This document shows, one piece after another, positions 29,140-38,920 of a DNA stretch of 64,000 bases. Every line of letters begins with the position of its first letter. Positions within the stretch are counted from its first letter, which is position 1. The notes beneath the pieces are model-generated. The model had not been told where the DNA came from, did not search any database, and worked only from the letters and a program-made list of their open reading frames with translations. The stretch covers positions 736,001 to 800,000 of the forward strand of contig CAWJEN010000006.1 in the NCBI GenBank assembly GCA_963841915.1. The letters run 5' to 3'. The stretch comes from an uncultured Planctomycetota bacterium. Its GTDB lineage: Bacteria > Planctomycetota > Phycisphaerae > Tepidisphaerales > Tepidisphaeraceae. A program made the position numbers and the translations under genes.

Positions 29140-30288
29140 TCAGGCTGCCGAGACAGGCGTTGCCCGGGCCTTAGCCACCTTCAGATAGAAGTCGCTGACC
29201 CGCCCGGCCAGGACGTCCCACGCATAGTTGGCCCGCACGTGGGCGCGTTGCCGGTCGGCAGCGTCCTGCCGCGTCGCCGCGTCGGTCATCACTTGCCGCA
29301 ATCGCATCGTCAAGCCGTCGACATCTTGCACGTCGAACAGCAGGTGTCCGGTTCCCGCACCATCGAGCAGTAGTCGGTGAGGCGGGATGTCGCTGGCGAT
29401 CACGCACGACTGCCGTTCCATCGCCTCCAGCACGCTGCTGGGCAAGCCCTCCAGCTCGCTCGCCGTCACGTAGGCGGCGGCGCAGCGAAACAGCGTCTCG
29501 AGTTCATGCCCCGTGCGGTGACCGGCGAAGACAATGTTGCCGCCCGCTGACTGCTTCAGGCTCGTCAGCCAAGGTGTCTGTGGCCCTTCGCCGACCACGA
29601 CGAGTCGGCAGCCGACACGCTCAGCGGCGGAGACGATGTCTTGCGTTCGCTTCTCCTGAACCAACCGACCGACGCTCACCACGAATTGCCCCGGCTCTAC
29701 CGACAGCTCCCGCAGCAATACAGCGTCCGGTTCGAACGGCTCGTCGTCGGGGACGATGCCGTTGGGCAACACTGCTGCCCCGATGCCGTACGTCTGGCGG
29801 TAGTAGTCGGCCAGATATGGCGCACACACGGCCACCGCGTGGGCGGCTTTGACCATGCGTTTCTCGCCCAGCTTGATCACCTTGGCCCCGAGACCGAGCG
29901 GCGTCTGCTGCCACTTGGCCCGTTGCCAGTCCAGGCCGTGGACGTGGCTGATGACGGTCGCCCCCGATCTACGGGCCAGCGGCGCGAACATCTGCGGCGG
30001 AAGCGCGTGCAGGGCGATGACGTCGAACGACTGCTTCGCCGCGTGACGGACGGCCGTCCACGTGTGCGACAGCGTTTCGGCGGACGCTCCACCGGGAGCG
30101 CCCGTCGTGACGAGCCGGACACCCTTGTGCGACGACGCATTGGTCACGCCCGGTCGGCAGTAGGCGGTGACGTCGTGCCCGATGTCGACGAGGCGCGGCA
30201 GGAGTTCTTCCCAGATCCGCTCGACGCCGCTGTAGTGGCTGGGCATGCCGCGGCCACCGATGGCGGCGATGCGTAGTCGCTCAGGCAT
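29140..30288 (-). CDS. Glycosyltransferase family 4
   Basis: GGRGMPSHYSGVE, HGLDWQRAKW, VGRLVQEK, EGLPSSVLEAM, ASDIP. Confidence 0.93.
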   Translation of the reverse strand: MPERLRIAAIGGRGMPSHYSGVERIWEELLPRLVDIGHDVTAYCRPGVTNASSHKGVRLVTTGAPGGASAETLSHTWTAVRHAAKQSFDVIALHALPPQMFAPLARRSGATVISHVHGLDWQRAKWQQTPLGLGAKVIKLGEKRMVKAAHAVAVCAPYLADYYRQTYGIGAAVLPNGIVPDDEPFEPDAVLLRELSVEPGQFVVSVGRLVQEKRTQDIVSAAERVGCRLVVVGEGPQTPWLTSLKQSAGGNIVFAGHRTGHELETLFRCAAAYVTASELEGLPSSVLEAMERQSCVIASDIPPHRLLLDGAGTGHLLFDVQDVDGLTMRLRQVMTDAATRQDAADRQRAHVRANYAWDVLAGRVSDFYLKVAKARATPVSAA

Positions 30289-31594
30289 GGGTGGCCTCCC
30301 GGTGCAGATCGATCGCGTGTTGATACGCCGCGGCGATCCGCCGGTAGAAGACAGACGGTGCAAACTCGGCCTTGGCCCGCTTGCGACCGGCTTGACACAT
30401 GCGTTGAACCGTCGCGTCGTCGTTCCAAAGAGCTTGCATGGCAGCCGCCATGGCTTGTGGATCATTTGGCGGAACTATGAGCCCTGTTTCGCCGTGCACG
30501 ACGACTTCGGGCAACCCGCCCATGGCGGTGGCAATGACGGGCGTGCCGTACCCTTGTGCCTCTGCGGCGACGATGCCGAAGCACTCAAACCACTCACTCG
30601 GAACCACGCTGAATCGCGCGTTGCGGTAGAAGTCTGGTAGCTGCTCCCGGCTGAGCTTGCCGACGAATTCCACGTTCGGCGGAGGATTCTTCAACAATTC
30701 AGGCATCCGCCTGGCATCGCCTGCGATCTTGAGCGGGACACCCGACAGTCGAGCGGCCTCGATCATCGTCGGAATGCCTTTCTCCGGACTGATGCGACCG
30801 ACGAAGCAGGCGTACTTCGTTAGCGCCTTCCCCTGACAATTGATGTCAACCTGTTCGGGCAGATCCGTGAAGTCGGGCAGCACGTGCATTTGATCACGGT
30901 CGAACCCGGCGCCGGCAAGGTGGTCGCGGACGAAGTTGCTGCACGGCATGAACAGGGTGATCCCGTCGCGGAAGGTCCGACGGTACCGGTTGACGACATT
31001 GCGGATCGTGTAGGCGGTGCTCCAGACGCGGTTGTTTCGGCAGCCGTGGATGGCGGCCCAGTACTCGTGCCCGCCGATGCACCTGGTGCAGACTTTGCCG
31101 TCGCGGACGTGTTGGCCGGCGGGGCAGGTCAGCTTGTAATCCTGCATGCTCATGACCACCGGCACGCCGCGACCTGCGTAGGCGTCGCCGCAGCCGTCGA
31201 TAACGCTCGGGCTCACCAGCGGCAGGATGTTGTTGAGGTGAACGAGGTCGATGGCGTCGGACTCAATCCGCTGCTTCATGTCCCGCCTGGCCTGGGGCGA
31301 CACGATGGCAGTCTGCAGCGCACGCACCTTTTGCGACAGCGTGTTGATGGTCGCGTTGTCACGTTCGTAGACCCCGACGTGGTGCCCGTTGTCGCGCAGA
31401 ATTTCTGTGACGCCTTCGAAGAAGACTTCGAAGCCGCCGGGCCCGACGTGGGTGTTGTGAACGTTGAGAACGCGCAGCGGCTCGCCGTTCTTGTTCAGCA
31501 CCGTGTCGATTTCCGGGGCGTCCCAGGAGGCGGTGCGGGTGGTTTGCAGTGGCAGACGAATGCCCGATGGTCGTGGTGCGGTCAGAAGCGTCAT
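30281..31594 (-). CDS. Glycosyltransferase family 4
   Basis: DYKLTCP, VGRISPEKG, PSEWFECFGIVAAEA, GGLPEVV. Confidence 0.93.
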   Translation of the reverse strand: MTLLTAPRPSGIRLPLQTTRTASWDAPEIDTVLNKNGEPLRVLNVHNTHVGPGGFEVFFEGVTEILRDNGHHVGVYERDNATINTLSQKVRALQTAIVSPQARRDMKQRIESDAIDLVHLNNILPLVSPSVIDGCGDAYAGRGVPVVMSMQDYKLTCPAGQHVRDGKVCTRCIGGHEYWAAIHGCRNNRVWSTAYTIRNVVNRYRRTFRDGITLFMPCSNFVRDHLAGAGFDRDQMHVLPDFTDLPEQVDINCQGKALTKYACFVGRISPEKGIPTMIEAARLSGVPLKIAGDARRMPELLKNPPPNVEFVGKLSREQLPDFYRNARFSVVPSEWFECFGIVAAEAQGYGTPVIATAMGGLPEVVVHGETGLIVPPNDPQAMAAAMQALWNDDATVQRMCQAGRKRAKAEFAPSVFYRRIAAAYQHAIDLHREATHA

Positions 31595-32718
31595 CGTTTT
31601 TCTCCGTCAAGCAGGCCCTGGTAGAGCGTGCGGTGTTGTGCGGCCACGTCTGACCAGGTGAGGGCGCAGGCGTGTGTGCGGGCGCGATCGGCCCGGTCAC
31701 GGGCAACGTCAGGCTGATCAATCAGTGTGGCGACGGCTGTGCTGATCGCGATGGCATCACCGGGCGGGACGAACGTAATGTCGTCGCGGCGGCCGAAATC
31801 GTCAGGAGTGGACGGGCCACGGGTGGTGACCGTCGCCACGCCGTGGGTAAGGGCGGTGAGGAGCGAGCTGCGATTTGGACCGGCCCCGCTGTCGTACGGC
31901 AGCACCGCAAGATCGGCGGCGTGCATGAGCTGGCTCACCCGCTCAGCATCGGCGTCGTTGATCCAGATCGCCTCGTCACGCAGTCTGACTTCGATCGGCG
32001 GCCGCCAATCGGCGTTGCGGTCGAACCCGCCGACGACAATGGTGCGGACCCGTCGACCCTCCTGGCGGAGCAGCGACGTCGCATCGAGCAACGGCACGAT
32101 GCCCTTGTGCGGATAGAGAATCCCGAAGAACAAAAGGGCCGTCTCGTCAGGTGCGATGCCGAGCTCCAGTCGCCAGTCCCGACGTAATTCAGGCGTAACG
32201 GGCACCTGGGCGATGTTGGATGCGATCGGGATCGTCACCGGCGACACCGGCCGAATGGGTCTGACCAGTCGCGACCACCGGCGGACGTGCAAGGCGTCGG
32301 CTTCATCAACCACGACCGCTGCGTCAAGACCCATCAGCAGCGTTGATGCCCTCAACCGCCATCGCGTACGCATCGATTGCATCTCGTGAAGCGTGACGAC
32401 AGACTTCTGCTTGCCGATGGCAGCCGGTAGTCGATTGAGCAGCATGCCACGGCCGCAGGCGACACCGGGATACTGGACGTGAACCAGGTCGTACTGCCGG
32501 CACACGTCGACTGCCGCGGCGATGCTTTGCCGTGACCAATCCTCGATGATGCGGTGGGTTGTAAACGCATAGTCGTCGCTGACGTCGAGCTTGCGCGTGA
32601 GGACGCCGACCGTGTCACCGGCTGCAGCAAGCGCTTCGGCGAGGTGGCGCGTGTAGTCACCCACGCCGTTGTGATCGGGTGGAAAGTCGCTGGTGACAAG
32701 CAGCACACGCATCGTCAA
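31591..32718 (-). CDS. Glycosyltransferase family 4
   Basis: FPPDHNGVGDYT, HVQYP, FFGILYPHKG, ADLAVLPY. Confidence 0.9.
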   Translation of the reverse strand: MTMRVLLVTSDFPPDHNGVGDYTRHLAEALAAAGDTVGVLTRKLDVSDDYAFTTHRIIEDWSRQSIAAAVDVCRQYDLVHVQYPGVACGRGMLLNRLPAAIGKQKSVVTLHEMQSMRTRWRLRASTLLMGLDAAVVVDEADALHVRRWSRLVRPIRPVSPVTIPIASNIAQVPVTPELRRDWRLELGIAPDETALLFFGILYPHKGIVPLLDATSLLRQEGRRVRTIVVGGFDRNADWRPPIEVRLRDEAIWINDADAERVSQLMHAADLAVLPYDSGAGPNRSSLLTALTHGVATVTTRGPSTPDDFGRRDDITFVPPGDAIAISTAVATLIDQPDVARDRADRARTHACALTWSDVAAQHRTLYQGLLDGEKR

Positions 32719-34034
32719 ACGACCTCCCGCTGCGGCAGACGAATGGCGGCGAAAGAGCAGACGGCGAAGAGGACGAATGTGCAGAACTGCGCGTGCGTGA
32801 ACGCTGACTCGGCCACGCCGTGCACAAGGGCGGCGGCGCAGATTGAGATGGCGAACGCGGCGTCGGCCGACCAGAGGCCGCTCGATTCACGGCCGCGTGA
32901 CAGCCACGCCAACGCCGAGGCGATGATCGTCAGCGGCCAGGCGATGAGGCCGACGAGTCCGAGGTTCAGCCACGCCTCGAGATACGCGTTGTGACCTTCG
33001 CTGATCGTAAAGCCGACGCGACGACTTACCGCACCGGCTCGATCGGCCGTCCAGAACGTGTCGTGGCCGTGCCCGACGACCATGCGTGCCGGGTCGACGG
33101 AAGCCGTCTCGATGGAATAGGCCCAGATGTCGGTGCGGCCGGTGAGCGTGGTGACATCACTCTCAGTGCGGCCCATGAGCGCGGCCTCCCAGATCGGCCC
33201 GAGAAGTCCGCTGTTGAACAGGAAGATGACGGCACTGACACCAATCCCGCCGACGACTGCGACGGCAACGGCACGACCAGGCTTCGTCACGAGCGTCGCC
33301 TGCAACGCCAGCGCCATGAGCGTAATGGCCAGTGCGGTTCGGCTGCGCGTGAACCACAGAATCAACATTGCGATGCCGAGCAGTGCGATGCGCCAGGGGC
33401 GACCGCGTGACGACGAGCTCAGGCCGTGCACCATCGCCATCGCCAGCAGCGTCGCCGTAAGGCCGCTGTGGTTGGGGCTCATGGAGCCCGAGAAACGCCA
33501 CGCGAGCGGGGCCGAGAGCAAATCGCGATATTGCCACTCGGAGACGATGCCCGCCGATAAACTCAAGACGCCGTAGACGACGACGATCGTGATGAGGTCG
33601 CGCATGACGAAGTGCTTCACCGTCGCCGCAGTGGCAGTGACGAGCGCGGTGAAGACAACGAGCCGCTTCAGCGTCAGCTCGCGGTTGTCGGACCACAGCG
33701 GCGACATGAACGCCCACACGACGATCGCCAGCAGCGGGTATAGAACGAGCCAGTTGACGCTGACTGGTTCGTCGCGATGCGATGGCACGACAAGCAGCAC
33801 GATCGAGACGGCAGCCAGACCAAGAAACGCGAGCTGCCGGGCGGCATTTCCGGAGGCGACCTTTTGTACCAGTCCGGCCACGTCAGCATCGCCGGTGTCC
33901 TGCCAAAGTAAAGGCGATTCCATGTTCTGCGTTGCGGCGAAGAAGCACGCGAGCACGAACAGCGACCACAACCAAATCGCCCACCCACGGGGCGGCGGTG
34001 CGGTGTCGAGCATTGGCTGGGCGACGAACGTCAC
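32715..34034 (-). CDS. O-antigen ligase/Wzy polymerase family protein
   Basis: Multi-TM; TRSRTAL, TLTGRTDIW, GHNAYLE..LNLGLVG; located in the EPS operon. Confidence 0.88.
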   Translation of the reverse strand: MTFVAQPMLDTAPPPRGWAIWLWSLFVLACFFAATQNMESPLLWQDTGDADVAGLVQKVASGNAARQLAFLGLAAVSIVLLVVPSHRDEPVSVNWLVLYPLLAIVVWAFMSPLWSDNRELTLKRLVVFTALVTATAATVKHFVMRDLITIVVVYGVLSLSAGIVSEWQYRDLLSAPLAWRFSGSMSPNHSGLTATLLAMAMVHGLSSSSRGRPWRIALLGIAMLILWFTRSRTALAITLMALALQATLVTKPGRAVAVAVVGGIGVSAVIFLFNSGLLGPIWEAALMGRTESDVTTLTGRTDIWAYSIETASVDPARMVVGHGHDTFWTADRAGAVSRRVGFTISEGHNAYLEAWLNLGLVGLIAWPLTIIASALAWLSRGRESSGLWSADAAFAISICAAALVHGVAESAFTHAQFCTFVLFAVCSFAAIRLPQREVV

Positions 34035-35305
34035 GTGCGGACCTCGCCTTCACCAAGCTGCATGAACGCAATGACGCGGTACAGATTGCTTGTGACGAGG
34101 CTGAAGACCATCGCCGCCGCTGCGCCGGCGACGCCGCGCTCACTGATGAGCCAGGCACCCGGTCCGAGCATAATGACCAGCGCCAGCACGTTGGCGTAGA
34201 AGTCGTGCCTCGCCCGGCCGATCGCAAACAGCCCGCGACTGGCGGCGAAGCCAAAGGCGTGCGCCAGCGTCGCTAGGCTCAGCATGCCGACGATGTGGCC
34301 GAAGCCGGCATATTTCTCCTTGTAAATCGTCAGAAACCACTCACCACCGAAGGTCGCGACGGCAACGTAAGGGATCATCGCGACGGCAAACACCATCGAC
34401 GCGTATCCGATGAAGCGCCGTAGCGCTGGCATGTCGTCCTCCGCCGCCTTATTCGCCACGGCGGGGCCGACGAGATTTTGCACGCCCATGAGAATCGGGT
34501 TGGCCAGTGCCGCGATGCCGAAACAGGCGGTCCACGTGCCGACTTCTTCGTCAGTTCGTAAGCCGCTCAACAGCCATGGGTAGCCGTGCGTGCCGAGCGT
34601 CCAGACGATGCCGCTGAGAAAGACCCAGCGGCTCAGCGGCCAAGTCGCTTTGAGGTCGGCGGCTGCTTGCGAGAGGTTCGGGCGAAACGATGTCCGCTTG
34701 GCGAGCAGCACCGCCACGAGTGCGACCAGGTTACCGCCACCGATGGCTACGAATGCCGTCGTCGCCGAGAGCATCTCGTAGTGCCAGAACGCCAGCAATC
34801 CACCGATCTGCAGCATCGCTGCTGTGGCGTCGAGTGCAAAGGCGTGGCCGGGCTTCCCCGTTGTATAGCAGAAGATTCGGGCAAAATGCCTCGCCAGCAC
34901 CGCCCACAGCACTGCCGCCAAGGCAAGTATCGTGGCACTGCCGATGACCAGTCCGACGATCGCGGCAATGACACCGGCGACGAGGCCGAAGCTCAGCGAG
35001 TGGACGAGCGCGCTGCCGTTGAAGCTCGCCCGCTCGAGCGGTCCGCGACGGGCCAGCAGCACCTGGTGCGGTGTCGTAACAAGGGCGTGATGCGCCTCTG
35101 TTGCCAACAGCAGGCCCGCGAGTGCGATGCCGTATCGGCCCAGCTCGCCTTGCGAGACGAAGTTGCCGAGGATGACCGTGGTGCCGAAGTTGGCAGCGCT
35201 GACAAGTGCCTGATCGCCCAGCGACAAGCCGAGCCGCAGGCCACGTCTTGCCGTATTGGCAAGGCGTGTGGCAGGGATGAAGTTGACCGGGGTCGCTGCT
35301 GTCAT
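34031..35305 (-). CDS. Wzx-like flippase
   Basis: DQALVSAANF N-terminus; about 12 hydrophobic segments; EPS operon context. Confidence 0.82.
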   Translation of the reverse strand: MTAATPVNFIPATRLANTARRGLRLGLSLGDQALVSAANFGTTVILGNFVSQGELGRYGIALAGLLLATEAHHALVTTPHQVLLARRGPLERASFNGSALVHSLSFGLVAGVIAAIVGLVIGSATILALAAVLWAVLARHFARIFCYTTGKPGHAFALDATAAMLQIGGLLAFWHYEMLSATTAFVAIGGGNLVALVAVLLAKRTSFRPNLSQAAADLKATWPLSRWVFLSGIVWTLGTHGYPWLLSGLRTDEEVGTWTACFGIAALANPILMGVQNLVGPAVANKAAEDDMPALRRFIGYASMVFAVAMIPYVAVATFGGEWFLTIYKEKYAGFGHIVGMLSLATLAHAFGFAASRGLFAIGRARHDFYANVLALVIMLGPGAWLISERGVAGAAAAMVFSLVTSNLYRVIAFMQLGEGEVRT

Positions 35306-35390
35306 GAGACTCGGTGCCGTTCCAAAGCGTGCGGGTTCAGCCGCCGCGGTCTTGTAATCCGCGGCAGAAAGAGTGCGTCCCCACGCGTCG

Positions 35391-38120
35391 TCAAATTCGG
35401 CGATAGAGCCACGAAGGCACCGGGTACCGACGCTTGTTCAGCACGACGACGTCAATGGTCGCACCGGCCCGCGTCACACGGTCGATCGCACGGGCGGCCG
35501 CCTCGCGACGCAACCGATCGGCGTGCATGACGAGCACGCTCGTCTCACACAATGCCGCCAAGCGTGGACCGGCCTCTTCAACTGCCGACGAGGCGAACGT
35601 GCGGCCTTCACCGTCAAACTGCCCGTACACCGGTGGCACGTCGACGACGACGTGGCGGTAATGGCGACGCGCGATGGCGATCGCATTGCGAACGTCAGCA
35701 GTCCGCAGCGACGGAATGGTCGTGCGATCAAGACCGGCCGCCGGCGTGCGGGACACGTTCGGCAAGCACTCATCCCCCTTTGCGTCGACAAAGGTCGGCT
35801 CGGCGTTGTCGGTGGAATCGAGCAGCTGCATGAGCAGTGCCGGCTTCTTGTCGGCCACGTCACCGTCACGCCGTTCCCCGTCTTCGAGCACGCGTTCTGC
35901 CAGAACACCAGCAAGGTGAGCGGCAACGGTGGTCGTACCGCTGTTGGGTCGGGCGGCGACAACGCACACAGTGGGAGGCACGCGGCCGCCGCGCCCGCTT
36001 CGCTCTGCGGCGAGGATCAGCTGCTCCACGAGCCCACGGGCGTTGCGCCACACGGCTGCCGACGCGGCGGTTCGGTTGTGTCGACCCGACAGCTGCAGGT
36101 TGGGCATCTCGTCGCGATGCCACCACGCCTTGGCGTCGCGAACCACAGCCCAGACGACCAGCCGCACCGAGCGCCCGACGCGGCGGGGCGGAGCGGCAAG
36201 CGGTTCGTCCTCGATGCGTGCATCGGGGTCCTCGTCTTGCAGTTCGATGTCGTTAAGACCAAGGGCCGGGTCGTCGTCCAGGCCGATCGATCCATCGCTG
36301 CCTGCACCTGCGAAGCTGATGGCAGGCGTTGCTGCGACGGTGCGGGTGATCGGCGCGGGCTTGCGGTTGAAGGGCATCGTCACGACGTTGACCACGCCGT
36401 TGCCGAGCCAGACAAGCGCACGCGGCACACCGGTGACGACTTCTCGAATGACGGACCAGCTGATGTAGCGGGCGGCGGCAAAGAAGCCACGGGCCTGCCT
36501 GCGCGTACCGGCGGCGACATCGGTTCCGCGACGCCCGGCCGTACCGAAGACGGTGCCGATCGAGTGGACGAGGTCATCGAAGTAGTCGGCTGCACCTTTG
36601 GCGACGGCCTGGCCGCTTCGCAGACGCGGAATGCTCACGCACGCCTCGGCCGCCGCCGCAGACTTGCCGCTGAGGCGAAGCAGGTCATCGGGACGAGCGA
36701 CCGTGTGGTCGAGAGCGTCGGCCGCGAAAGCAGCTCCACCACCGGCCAGCGTCGCCATGAATAAGCCCGCGGCAAAGAGGAGCAGCCGGTTGGGCCCGCT
36801 CGGCTTCACCGGCAGGTTGGCCGGCTCCGTCACGCGAATGTTGCTGATGTTCGCCTGGTCGAGCTCCGTGTTGATGCGGGCGTCGTCGTACGCCTCGGCG
36901 TACGTGATGACGTTCTTCTCGAGAATGGCCGCTTCACGTTCGAGGTCGCCGATCGTGACCTCGGCCTTGTTGAGTCGGGCGAGCCCGCTGCGGGCGGCGT
37001 CAAGATCCGTCGTCAGACGCTCAAGCCGTGCCGCTTGTGCGTCGGCCGTCGCCCGCTCAGTCTCGATGCGAATGCTGAGCTGCTCGCGCACCGGGTTGAC
37101 GCTTGTCGTCGTCTCGGCGGCGACTTCGGCCTCGGCCAGCAGCCGCTCGGCCTCTGTAATCTGCGCTCGCGCGTTTCGGACCACCGGACTCGTCTCGACG
37201 TACCGCGTCGACAGATCCTGTTCTTCGAGACGCAGCTCGCTGAGCCGTGTGCGAAGCGTTTCGATGGAGCTGTTCGGGGCACCAGTCGTGCTGGCAGAAA
37301 TGACCTGCCGGGGCATGTTCTCGATGCGAGCTTCCAGACGCTCTGCTGTCGCCAGCGCACCGGCACGTTCAGCGTGGGCGGCGTCGGAGGCGGCTTCGAG
37401 TTCGCCGATGCGGCCGAGCAGGTTGGTCCGCTGCACGCTGACGTCGGAGACGCCTGCAGAGTCCTTGAAGGTGCGAAGCGTCGCCCGCACCGCGGCGAGT
37501 TCTGCCTCGGCAGTCGTCTGCTGGTCGGCGAAGAAGCCGGTGCCGCTCGTGTTGCGGTAGACGTCGCGGCGGATGCGGCGGAAGTTGTCGACGTACGCGT
37601 CGACCACGTCTTGTGCAAGCTGCGGCGTCTTGGCGGAATAGGCGACGGTCAGGTTGTTCGAGTCGGTCTTCACGCTCGTCGCGACGTCTTTCTGCAGTTC
37701 GTCAGCGGCCTCGGCGACGGCGCGAACGTCGTCGGCAGTGCCTCGGCCGATGATGCGGTCAGGTCCGACCTGGCGTGCGACGGCTTCTGCGACGCCGCGA
37801 CTGCCGAGCAGATTGACTTCGCTGTTGAGTTCGCTGTCGCGGTTCTGCATCGGGCGAGCGAACTCGCCGATGGTGGCCGTTGGATCAATTGCGCCTGACT
37901 CGCGGCCGAGGGTGACGAGCATCTCGGCCGAGCTCTGGTACTTGTCCGGCAGCAGCGTTGCCGCGGCTGACGTGAGGGCGAAGACACCGGCGAATGCGAG
38001 TAGTGCCTTTCGCTTGTGGCGGAACAGCACGTACAGCACGTCGCGCGGCGAGAAGGCGCTACGGGTGCGCTGATCAAGCTCGGCAGCGGCGACGGGTTGA
38101 GTCTGGTTGGTGTGCTTCAT
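35391..38120 (-). CDS. Wzc/GumC polysaccharide co-polymerase with degenerate BY-kinase domain
   Basis: Wzz-like N-terminus (VLFRHKR..YQSSAEMLV), coiled coil, PVKPSGPNR TM2, P-loop-like RPNSGTTT, VVVDVPP. Confidence 0.88.
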   Translation of the reverse strand: MKHTNQTQPVAAAELDQRTRSAFSPRDVLYVLFRHKRKALLAFAGVFALTSAAATLLPDKYQSSAEMLVTLGRESGAIDPTATIGEFARPMQNRDSELNSEVNLLGSRGVAEAVARQVGPDRIIGRGTADDVRAVAEAADELQKDVATSVKTDSNNLTVAYSAKTPQLAQDVVDAYVDNFRRIRRDVYRNTSGTGFFADQQTTAEAELAAVRATLRTFKDSAGVSDVSVQRTNLLGRIGELEAASDAAHAERAGALATAERLEARIENMPRQVISASTTGAPNSSIETLRTRLSELRLEEQDLSTRYVETSPVVRNARAQITEAERLLAEAEVAAETTTSVNPVREQLSIRIETERATADAQAARLERLTTDLDAARSGLARLNKAEVTIGDLEREAAILEKNVITYAEAYDDARINTELDQANISNIRVTEPANLPVKPSGPNRLLLFAAGLFMATLAGGGAAFAADALDHTVARPDDLLRLSGKSAAAAEACVSIPRLRSGQAVAKGAADYFDDLVHSIGTVFGTAGRRGTDVAAGTRRQARGFFAAARYISWSVIREVVTGVPRALVWLGNGVVNVVTMPFNRKPAPITRTVAATPAISFAGAGSDGSIGLDDDPALGLNDIELQDEDPDARIEDEPLAAPPRRVGRSVRLVVWAVVRDAKAWWHRDEMPNLQLSGRHNRTAASAAVWRNARGLVEQLILAAERSGRGGRVPPTVCVVAARPNSGTTTVAAHLAGVLAERVLEDGERRDGDVADKKPALLMQLLDSTDNAEPTFVDAKGDECLPNVSRTPAAGLDRTTIPSLRTADVRNAIAIARRHYRHVVVDVPPVYGQFDGEGRTFASSAVEEAGPRLAALCETSVLVMHADRLRREAAARAIDRVTRAGATIDVVVLNKRRYPVPSWLYRRI

Positions 38121-38866
38121 CAGTCCAGGGTCGAGTCGATGCCGTAGGTCGTGTTGCCGAGCGTGCGGGTTGCCTGAATGCCATTGGGAATCACGCCACC
38201 GACGTACTGCTCGACAAACGTGTTGACGTTGGCGATAGCGGCACGTGGGACGTACACGTGATCACCGGGGGCCAAGGCGAACGGCTCAGTCGCCTCGCCG
38301 CGAAGGACGGGGCGAAGGTCCACGCGGTAGCCGACCCGTTGACCCTCGACCATTCGCATCACGATCACGTGACCCATCGCACTGGTGACGGGCAGGTGCC
38401 CACCGGCGAGCGTGATGGCTTGGAAAACATCGAGGCCGGCCGGCAGGCCGATGGCTCCGGGCTGGCGAACTTCACCGCCGATAAAGACGCGACGCTCGAG
38501 CGACTGACGAAGGATGACGGTGATTGTCGGGTCCTTGAGGTGCGCGGAGTAGCGGCTTTCAAGTTCCTCCTGGAGCTCACCGGGCTGACGACCGGCGGCG
38601 ACGACTTCGCCGACAAGCTGCAGCGAAATGACGCCGTCAGGGCGAATCGTCTGCTGATCGTCCAGCTCCGGGGCGGAGTAGAACTTGAACTCGATGACGT
38701 CACCGGCCGACAGAACCGTCGGGCGCGTGGTGACAGCCCGAGGGGCGGCTTCACGCGGCAGGGCTTGCACCTTTGTGCAGCCGGCGAGCGTCCCGGCGGC
38801 CGATGCGGCGGTGAGCAGGGTGAGCGTCAGATGGGTCGGGAGCTTTCTCATACGGCGGGCCTTCAT
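38120..38866 (-). CDS. Wza-like polysaccharide export lipoprotein
   Basis: LAGC lipobox; LSAGDVI, IRPDGVISLQLVGEV, GGEVRQPG, LAPGDHVYVP. Confidence 0.92.
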   Translation of the reverse strand: MKARRMRKLPTHLTLTLLTAASAAGTLAGCTKVQALPREAAPRAVTTRPTVLSAGDVIEFKFYSAPELDDQQTIRPDGVISLQLVGEVVAAGRQPGELQEELESRYSAHLKDPTITVILRQSLERRVFIGGEVRQPGAIGLPAGLDVFQAITLAGGHLPVTSAMGHVIVMRMVEGQRVGYRVDLRPVLRGEATEPFALAPGDHVYVPRAAIANVNTFVEQYVGGVIPNGIQATRTLGNTTYGIDSTLD

Positions 38867-38920
38867 CCCGCTCGTCGCCCATCGGGCGGTGCAACTTAAG
38901 GTCCGCAGCAGGGAAGTGCG

